Positions 57,253-64,000 of a stretch of DNA of 64,000 bases are shown in pieces. The first letter of the stretch is position 1, and the number at the start of each line of letters is the position of its first letter. Under the pieces are notes generated by a model. It saw only the letters and a list, made by a program, of their open reading frames with translations. It made no database searches and was not told where the DNA came from. The DNA is taken from positions 23,388 through 87,387 of the forward strand of contig JAFVUF010000012.1 of NCBI GenBank assembly GCA_017502875.1. The letters are read 5' to 3'. Made by a program: the position numbers and the translations under genes. This DNA is from Clostridia bacterium (GTDB lineage: Bacteria > Bacillota > Clostridia > Oscillospirales > CAG-272).

Positions 57253-58232
57253 ATTGCTTTAAGAACCCTTTCAAGCACAGCGCTTTTGGCAAGCTCAGGC
57301 GTAGCCGCCTCAACGGAAGCGCCCGCGGCTCGCTCGTGTCCGCCGCCGCCGAATATTTTACAAAGCTCGCTTGAGCTTATATTAAGCCCAGAGCGCATTG
57401 AAATTTTAAATTTTTCGGGAGCGTCTACGTCCTGCTTTAAGGTTATAGCAAGCTCAACCCCCTCGGTCTCTCTCATCTCCGAAACGAGCCCGCCGATATC
57501 GTCGTCGTTTGCTCCGCTGACACGGCGGAATTCGCCGGTTATAACCAGAAAAGCGACCCGTCCGTCAGCGTAATACTCTGTATTGTTGAGCATAAACTGC
57601 CTCGCCTTAAGCTCCGCGCGGCTCTTTAACTCAAAAAGTCTGTGGCAAACGTCGTAGTTATCAGCGCCGCCGTCGATAAGCTCCGCGGCAATACGCAGGG
57701 TTGTTGAGGTAACGTTAGAATATTTAAAGCAGCCCGTGTCTGAGGCTATGGCGGCGTAAAGCGCGGTGCAGGCGGCAGGCGTCATCTTAGCGCCCCTCAT
57801 CTCCTCAAGCCTGCGGATAAGCTTATATATTATCTCGCCGCAAGCCGCCGCCTTTCCGTCAATGTAATTGTATTTGCCGTACTCCGAGCCAACGTGATGA
57901 TGGTCCACTTTAAGACCGATAGTCGCTCCGTAGCGCTCGGCGTTATGACCGAGCAAGTGAAGCTCCGCTACGTCAATGGCGCAGACAAACGGCTTATCGC
58001 CGAGGTTTTCGGCATTTTTTTCGCCCTCACCGTCAAGCGCCGTAAGAAACTCAAGCCTTGCGGGGATTGCGTCAGCGCAAAGCACCTGCGCGGTCTTTCC
58101 TACCGCTTCAAGCGCGTATTTCAGCGCATACGCCGAGCCTACCGTGTCGCCATCGGGGCGCGCGTGGCAAAGAAATATAAAATTCTTCCTTTCAAGCAGC
58201 AGCTTTGCCGCCTTTTCAAGCGTACAGTTCAT
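57249..58232 (-). CDS. nrnA: DHH/DHHA1 phosphoesterase (NrnA)
   Basis: HARPDGD, VDHH, SDTGCF, GGGGHERAAG. Confidence 0.88.
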   Translation of the reverse strand: MNCTLEKAAKLLLERKNFIFLCHARPDGDTVGSAYALKYALEAVGKTAQVLCADAIPARLEFLTALDGEGEKNAENLGDKPFVCAIDVAELHLLGHNAERYGATIGLKVDHHHVGSEYGKYNYIDGKAAACGEIIYKLIRRLEEMRGAKMTPAACTALYAAIASDTGCFKYSNVTSTTLRIAAELIDGGADNYDVCHRLFELKSRAELKARQFMLNNTEYYADGRVAFLVITGEFRRVSGANDDDIGGLVSEMRETEGVELAITLKQDVDAPEKFKISMRSGLNISSSELCKIFGGGGHERAAGASVEAATPELAKSAVLERVLKAI

Positions 58233-58264
58233 TTATTTACCAATCCTTTCTTAAAGGGTGTGTG

Positions 58265-59068
58265 TCATATCAAGCGGTATACCCTTTTCGCGTTTTCGGC
58301 GGTTATTCGGCAGACCTCGTCATAGCTCAGCCCCTTTATCTCGGCAAGCCTCATCGCAGTATACGCCATAAGCGAGGAATCGTTTCGCTCTCCTCTTTTC
58401 GGGTGCGGAGCAAGATACGGGCAGTCCGTCTCAATAAGCATTCTGTCAAGCGGAACACGGACGGCAACCTCTGGGAGCTTAGCGGCGTTTTTAAAGGTCA
58501 GAACACCCGAAAACGAGATGTACCACCCCATTTTTATAAGCTCGTCCGCCATTTCGGGACTTCCGCTGAAGCTGTGAAGTATACCCGTAACGCCCTTATA
58601 TCTGCGGAGAATATCCATTACGTCTCCGTGAGCCTCACGGTCGTGAATTATTACGGGATAGCCCGTTTCCAAAGAAAGCTGAAGCTGAAGCTCGAACCAC
58701 CTTTTCTGTATTTCACGGGGAACGTCGTCCCAATGGTAGTCAAGACCTATCTCGCCTATGGCTACGCATTTCGGGTCAGCAAGATAGCTTCTTAGCATGT
58801 CAAGCGATCTTTTCTCGCCGTAATCCTCAGCGGAAGCCGCATCGTTTGGGTGAAAACCAACGCTGAAATACATAAAACCGTACTTACGGGTTAGCTCAAA
58901 CGCCTTCGGAATACTGTTAAACGAGCAGCCGACGTCCACAATAAAGCCAACGCCCTCCTTTTCAATAGAGGAAAGAAGCTCGTCTCTGTCGGCGTCAAAC
59001 CGAGCGTCGTCGTAATGAGCGTGAGTGTCAAAAAGCGGATACCCGCCCTCAAAGAATGGGTTTTTCAT
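58265..59068 (-). CDS. tatD: TatD-family hydrolase
   Basis: DTHAH, GFHP, GEIGLDY, IHDREAH, ETDCPY. Confidence 0.92.
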   Translation of the reverse strand: MKNPFFEGGYPLFDTHAHYDDARFDADRDELLSSIEKEGVGFIVDVGCSFNSIPKAFELTRKYGFMYFSVGFHPNDAASAEDYGEKRSLDMLRSYLADPKCVAIGEIGLDYHWDDVPREIQKRWFELQLQLSLETGYPVIIHDREAHGDVMDILRRYKGVTGILHSFSGSPEMADELIKMGWYISFSGVLTFKNAAKLPEVAVRVPLDRMLIETDCPYLAPHPKRGERNDSSLMAYTAMRLAEIKGLSYDEVCRITAENAKRVYRLI

Positions 59069-59189
59069 TTATTTCTCCGATAAAAACAGGCGGACACTAA
59101 GCCCGCCCGTTTGTTGTCTTCTATATTTTGGTGGGCAAATCAGCTGAGGCTTGGTTATTTCCGAAAGATATACGGTTTATCGAAAGAAT

Positions 59190-59289
59190 TTCACAGAAAT
59201 CATTTATAATCGCTGCTTCGTATATATGCGAGGCGGCGATTATAGAAAAGTTTTTGCGGAGCTTTTTTCAAAAAGCGACCGTACTCCTT
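59190..59289 (+). repeat. repeat family C, copy 3
   Basis: TATAATCGCTG../..CGGCGATTATA hairpin plus AAAGTTTTTGCGGAGCTTTTTTCAAAAAGCGACCGTA. Confidence 0.85.
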
Positions 59290-59307
59290 ATCGGACATTG
59301 TCAATCC

Positions 59308-61290
59308 TTAGCTTACTCTGTCGCCTACGTTAGCGTCGTCAGCGGCAAACAGGAGACGAACTACTGCGTCAGGCTCATGACCGCCGGAAGCAACTATCAT
59401 ACCGTTGCTTTCCTCCTCGTTTCCGTTGATTTTCATCATACGGGGAGCGAGGTTAGCGACCATAATCACCTTCTTACCGATAAGCTCCTCAGGAGAATAG
59501 TACTTAGCGATACCCGAGAAAACCTGTCTTGTTTCAAAGCCGAGGTCGAGCTTGAATTTAAGCAGCTTCTTGGACTTCGGCACCGCCTCGCACTCAAGAA
59601 CCTTAGCGACTCTCATATCAACCTTTACAAAATCGTCAAACACAACCGTGTCAGCAACGGGCTCGTATACCTTTTCAGCCGCTGCCTCCTCTACCTTTAC
59701 TTCTTCCATTTTTGCTTCCTCTTTCTTTTCCGCAGTCTCACCCTTCTGAGCTGCAAGTCTTTCATAAAATTCCTTTTCGTCAATTCTCTTAAAGAGAACC
59801 TCTGCCTCACCCGTAGCCTTTCCGCAAACGAGAGCGCCGAACTCCTCGCTCATATCGTCCGTTCCGAGCGTAGCGAGAATTTTAGCCGCTGTGTCGGGAA
59901 TAAAGGGCGAAAGCAGCGAAGCGCCAACCCTTATAGTTTCAAGCAGATTGTAAAGCACCGTACCCAAACGCGCCTTCGTATCCTCACTCTTTGCCAGCAC
60001 CCAAGGGGTAGTTTCGTCAATATATTTATTTGCGCGGCTAAGCATATCGAAAATAGCCGAAAGAGCGTCGGAAACGTGATAGGTGTCCATCTTCTCATGC
60101 ACCTTAGCCACCGTTTCCGCTACGCAAGCCTTAAGCTCTCCGTCTATCGCCTCGGAAGCGACGGGAGCCTGAATTACCGAGCCGAAATACTTCTTGTTCA
60201 TCGAAACGGTACGGGAAACGAGATTTCCGAGATTGTTTGCGAGGTCGGTGTTGAACGCCGCTATCATACTGTCGTAGGTAATGCTTCCGTCAGAGGAATA
60301 AGGCATAGCGCTCAGAGTGTAGTAACGAACCCCGTCAACGCCGAAAAGCTCCGCAAGCTCGTCCGCGTACATAACGTTGCCCCTACTCTTGCTCATCTTG
60401 TCGGTTCCGAAATTCAGCCAGCCGTGGCCGTATATCTTCTTCGGAAGCGGAATGCCGAGCGCAAGCAGCATTATAGGCCAGTAGATTGTATGGAAGCGCA
60501 CGATGTCCTTACCGATAACGTGAACGTCGCACGGCCAATACTTCTTAAACAGCTCGCCCTGCTCGTCTACCTCGTAGCCGAGGGCGGTGATATAGTTAGA
60601 AAGCGCGTCTATCCAGACGTATATAACGTGCTTCTCGTCGCCGGGAACGGGAACGCCCCAGGTAAAGGAACTTCTGGTTACGCAAAGGTCCTGAAGACCG
60701 GGCTTTAAGAAGTTGTTGACCATCTCCTTCAAACGCGCCTCAGGCTCGACAAAGCCAGGATTCTCCTCAATGTGTTTAAGCAGCCTGTCGGCGTACTTGC
60801 TCATTCTGAAAAAGTAAGCGTCCTCAGTCGCTCTCTCAACGGGACGTCCGCAGTCGGGGCACTTTCCGTCAGTTACCTGCGTGTCGGTAAAGAAGGACTC
60901 GCACGGAACACAGTAATGACCCTCGTACTGACTTTTGTATATATCCCCCTGCTCGTAGAGCTTTTTGAAGATACCCGTAACCGCCTTTTCGTGATAGTCG
61001 TCTGTCGTACGGATAAACTTATCGTACGAAGCTCCTACTAGCGCCCACATATCTCTTACCTTGGCGTAAACACCGTCAACGAACTCCTTTGGAGTAATAC
61101 CCATCTCCTTAGCCTTCGTCTCGATTTTTATACCGTGCTCGTCCGTACCCGTAAGGAAGAATACGTCGTAGCCCATCTTACGCTTATAGCGCGCGATGGC
61201 GTCGGTAAGAATCACCTCGTAGGTATTTCCTATGTGCGGCTTGCCCGAGCAATAGGGTATTGCCGTAGTAAGATAAAATTTCTCTTTCAT
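59308..61290 (-). CDS. metG: methionine--tRNA ligase
   Basis: PHIGN, GTDEHG, YVWIDAL, KMSKS, C-terminal tRNA-binding domain. Confidence 0.97.
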   Translation of the reverse strand: MKEKFYLTTAIPYCSGKPHIGNTYEVILTDAIARYKRKMGYDVFFLTGTDEHGIKIETKAKEMGITPKEFVDGVYAKVRDMWALVGASYDKFIRTTDDYHEKAVTGIFKKLYEQGDIYKSQYEGHYCVPCESFFTDTQVTDGKCPDCGRPVERATEDAYFFRMSKYADRLLKHIEENPGFVEPEARLKEMVNNFLKPGLQDLCVTRSSFTWGVPVPGDEKHVIYVWIDALSNYITALGYEVDEQGELFKKYWPCDVHVIGKDIVRFHTIYWPIMLLALGIPLPKKIYGHGWLNFGTDKMSKSRGNVMYADELAELFGVDGVRYYTLSAMPYSSDGSITYDSMIAAFNTDLANNLGNLVSRTVSMNKKYFGSVIQAPVASEAIDGELKACVAETVAKVHEKMDTYHVSDALSAIFDMLSRANKYIDETTPWVLAKSEDTKARLGTVLYNLLETIRVGASLLSPFIPDTAAKILATLGTDDMSEEFGALVCGKATGEAEVLFKRIDEKEFYERLAAQKGETAEKKEEAKMEEVKVEEAAAEKVYEPVADTVVFDDFVKVDMRVAKVLECEAVPKSKKLLKFKLDLGFETRQVFSGIAKYYSPEELIGKKVIMVANLAPRMMKINGNEEESNGMIVASGGHEPDAVVRLLFAADDANVGDRVS

Positions 61291-61314
61291 TGCTGTTACT
61301 TCTTTCTTAAAGTT

Positions 61315-62214
61315 TTATACCGTTTCTCTCAAAATTCTCAGCAGCTCCGCAAAATAACCCGGAAGCTCGCTTTCAAATTTCATATATTCGTTTGTTTTAG
61401 GGTGAACAAAGCCGAGCGACATCGCGTGAAGCGCCTGACCGCAGGCGAATTTCGGGTGCTTTTTTTCAAACGGAGTGTTGCCGCCGCCGTAAACGGTGTC
61501 AAAAAGCAACGGGTGTCCAAGCGACGCCATATGAACTCTAATCTGGTGAGTTCTTCCCGTTTCCAGCCGCATTTCGCAGTAGGAAAATCCCTTAAAGCGC
61601 TCAAGCACCTTGTAATGTGTCAAGGCTTCTCTGCCCTTTGGCGTTATAGCCATTTTCTTGCGGTCGGTTGCGTGCCTGCCTATCGGCTTATCTATCACGC
61701 CCTCGTCCGCTTTTGGGTTTCCGATAACAATAGCTCTGTATATCCTGTCCGCCTTATGCTCCTTTATCTGCATAGCCAGACTGTTGTGCGCCGAATCGTT
61801 TTTAGCCACGACCAGAAGCCCAGAGGTGTCCTTATCTATTCTATGCACTATTCCCGGACGGATAACTCCGTTGATGCCCGAAAGACCGTCTCCGCAGTGG
61901 TAAAGCAGAGCGTTTACAAGAGTGCCGGAATAGTTGCCGGCAGCGGGGTGAACGACCATACCCTTTGGCTTGTTAACGACCATCAGCTCGCCGTCCTCGT
62001 AAACCACGTCAAGCGGAATATTCTCAGGCAGAGCCGTGTCAGGTACAGGCTCAGGATAATCAATCTCCACGTCGTCGGTCTCGCTCACCTTGTAATTTTT
62101 AGGCTTTGGCGAGCCGTTAACGGTAACAAAGCCGTTTTCGATAAGCTTCTGAGCAGCGCTACGGGTTATCTGTCCAAGCTCGGAAACGTAAATATCAAGT
62201 CTTATCTCGCTCAT
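61315..62214 (-). CDS. RluA/RluD family pseudouridine synthase
   Basis: S4 domain, NKPKGMVVHP, HRIDKDTSG, GRTHQIRVH. Confidence 0.95.
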   Translation of the reverse strand: MSEIRLDIYVSELGQITRSAAQKLIENGFVTVNGSPKPKNYKVSETDDVEIDYPEPVPDTALPENIPLDVVYEDGELMVVNKPKGMVVHPAAGNYSGTLVNALLYHCGDGLSGINGVIRPGIVHRIDKDTSGLLVVAKNDSAHNSLAMQIKEHKADRIYRAIVIGNPKADEGVIDKPIGRHATDRKKMAITPKGREALTHYKVLERFKGFSYCEMRLETGRTHQIRVHMASLGHPLLFDTVYGGGNTPFEKKHPKFACGQALHAMSLGFVHPKTNEYMKFESELPGYFAELLRILRETV

Positions 62215-62229
62215 ATCCGCCTCCGCTTT

Positions 62230-62772
62230 TTACTCTCTGTCAGCGCCACCGTTTTCCGACTTAGCCGCCTTTTGCTTTTTGTAATTTCTGACCTCAGCCA
62301 TTATATACCACAGAATAAGCAGACCCGCGCCAACGCAAACGAAGCTGTCCGCCCCGTTAAATATCCATTGCCAAAGCTTCGGGAACGCCCGAAAGTCTAT
62401 AAAATCAATTACCTCGCCGTAGGCTATGCGGTCTATCATATTGCCTATACCGCCGCCCAGCACCATAGCCGCCGCCGTATAAAACAGCGCGTCCCCATCC
62501 TCCCATATCAGAATGAGAGCGACGAGGAAGATTATAAGGAGCATAGACAGCGACATAAACACCCATCGGTGCTCAGAAAAGCTGCCGAATGCGGCTCCGT
62601 CGTTTGTGATGTAGGTAAGGTGCAGTACGTCCTTTATTAGCGGAACTGTCTGCCCTATCTCCATATTTTTCATAACGGCGAGCTTAGTAAAAAAATCCGT
62701 AAGCAGCGTCGCTATGAGAACGGAAAGCGAAATTATCGCTCCCTTTTTAGTGATGTTAATTTTCAGTTTCAT
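62230..62772 (-). CDS. lspA: lipoprotein signal peptidase II
   Basis: NDGAAFG, GGIGNMIDR, VIDFI, FNGAD. Confidence 0.93.
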   Translation of the reverse strand: MKLKINITKKGAIISLSVLIATLLTDFFTKLAVMKNMEIGQTVPLIKDVLHLTYITNDGAAFGSFSEHRWVFMSLSMLLIIFLVALILIWEDGDALFYTAAAMVLGGGIGNMIDRIAYGEVIDFIDFRAFPKLWQWIFNGADSFVCVGAGLLILWYIMAEVRNYKKQKAAKSENGGADRE

Positions 62773-62850
62773 TTAGTACCTTTTTTCGAGGTAATGCCTT
62801 CTTGATTTGAACTGCACGAAAGTACGTTTCCTCAAAGAAACACACGTTTT

Positions 62851-62949
62851 TTGAAGAAGATATACGAAATATTCTTTTACACCGATAGTTCAAGCTGTCG
62901 GTGTAAAAGAAGCTTTTGCGCAGCTTTTCTCGAAAAGCGCGTATTCCTT
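62851..62949 (+). repeat. repeat family C, copy 4
   Basis: TCTTTTACACCGA/TCGGTGTAAAAGA plus GCTTTTCTCGAAAAGCGCGTATTCC; matches the reverse complement of 30080-30176. Confidence 0.85.
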
Positions 62950-62972
62950 TTAGAAAATGCTATTTCTTGTAA

Positions 62973-64000
62973 TCAAAGTCCAAGTATGCGTTTACATCTC
63001 GGGCAGACGTACTCGCCGTCAACCTCAAACGCGTCAGAGGAATGCTTCCAGCAGCGAGCGCACTTCTCGCCCTCCGCCTCGCTTACCTCAACGGAAATAG
63101 CCTCGCCCTCGGCGACCTCTCCCTTGACAAGCTCAGTTCCCGAAACTATAAACACGTCGGAAAGCTCGTCCTGTGTGAAGCCGTTAAGGAAACCGTAGGT
63201 CTCGCCGTCAGCGGTGATAACCACCTTCGCCTCAAGGGACTTACCGATAAGCTTCTGCGCTCTTGCTACCTCAAGCGCGGAAAGAACGCTGTCGCGAAGC
63301 TCAAACAGCTTCTCGTAACGCTCCTCCTCAGCCTTAAACGGCTCGCTTTCGTCATACTCAGGCATATCGTTTAAGAGAACGTTTCTTACGTCGTCGGACT
63401 CAAGATGAGCCATAGAGCGCCATATCTCATCAGCGGTAAACACGAGGATAGGCGAGATAAGACGGGTAAGAGCCGAAAGAATCTTATACATTACGGTCTG
63501 CGCGCAGCGGCGAAGCTCGCCGTCCTTCGTCTCAACGTAAGCTCTGTCCTTAACAATGTCAATATACATCTTAGACATTTCAATGGTACAGAAATTGCTT
63601 ACAGCGTGATAAACGTCGTGGAAGCGGCAGGCGTCGTACGCCTCTCTTACCTCTTTTACCAGCTTGTTGAGTCTGGCCAGCGCCCACTTATCAATATCAG
63701 GCAGCTTGCTTTCGTCAACCATATCCCTGTTGGGATCAAAATCCGTATCGGCAGTACCGAGGTTACCCATAAGAATACGGGCGGTGTTACGGATTTTCCT
63801 GTAAACCTCGGAGAGCTGCTTTAAGATATCCTTGGAGATTCTCGCGTCAACGGTAAACTCAACGGACGAAACCCACAGACGAAGGATATCCGCGCCGTAG
63901 GTGTCAATGACCTCCTTCGGAGAAACGGCGTTACCGAGGCTCTTGTGCATTGCCTTGCCCTCTCCGTCAACAGTCCAGCCGTGAGTAATTATCTTCTTGA
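62973..64000 (-). CDS. ileS: isoleucine--tRNA ligase, 3' part (starts beyond window)
   Basis: THGWTVDGEGKAMHKSLGN, YGADILRLWV, YRKIRNT, C-terminal KCARCW..CPRC; upstream of lspA. Confidence 0.95.
   Translation of the reverse strand, partial: KKIITHGWTVDGEGKAMHKSLGNAVSPKEVIDTYGADILRLWVSSVEFTVDARISKDILKQLSEVYRKIRNTARILMGNLGTADTDFDPNRDMVDESKLPDIDKWALARLNKLVKEVREAYDACRFHDVYHAVSNFCTIEMSKMYIDIVKDRAYVETKDGELRRCAQTVMYKILSALTRLISPILVFTADEIWRSMAHLESDDVRNVLLNDMPEYDESEPFKAEEERYEKLFELRDSVLSALEVARAQKLIGKSLEAKVVITADGETYGFLNGFTQDELSDVFIVSGTELVKGEVAEGEAISVEVSEAEGEKCARCWKHSSDAFEVDGEYVCPRCKRILGL

Noticed and set aside
59069-59307. T-box or SAM riboswitch associated with metG/ileS
   Set aside because: The structured regions here and at 62773-62972 lie downstream of the synthetases and belong to repeat family C; metG has only a 24-nt upstream gap

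Overview
Core-genome segment of a roughly 50% GC (by eye), spore-forming Clostridia-like Firmicute. It contains: the purE 5' end; a pyrC-K-D-F-E-B-I operon; a 1870-aa Cys/His-repeat surface lipoprotein divergent from a zur-znuACB operon; an HssRS-like two-component system with plsY and a divergent DAG-kinase-family gene; an AT-richer accessory block (AraC, a short glycyl-radical enzyme, its activase, an atypical RpiB and two zinc-ribbon membrane genes); spoVT, polA and gpmI; a methyltransferase-MutS4-like pair-Mini-III operon; split transketolase; asd; dacF with small sporulation-like genes; typA; rny-ymdB; rnfCDGEAB-thiN; and ileS-lspA-rluA-metG-tatD-nrnA-truB. I saw no rRNA, tRNA, CRISPR array, transposase or integrase. 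The most notable signals are the uncharacterised GRE-RpiB locus, several families of hairpin-built intergenic repeats (AACTTCACT-linked hairpin arrays and a ~95-nt element that begins exactly at TAG stop codons and shows a compensatory base-pair swap), the MutS4-like/Mini-III coupling, and HssR-like boxes placed over lipid genes. All product calls come from motif recognition by eye; no database searches were run.
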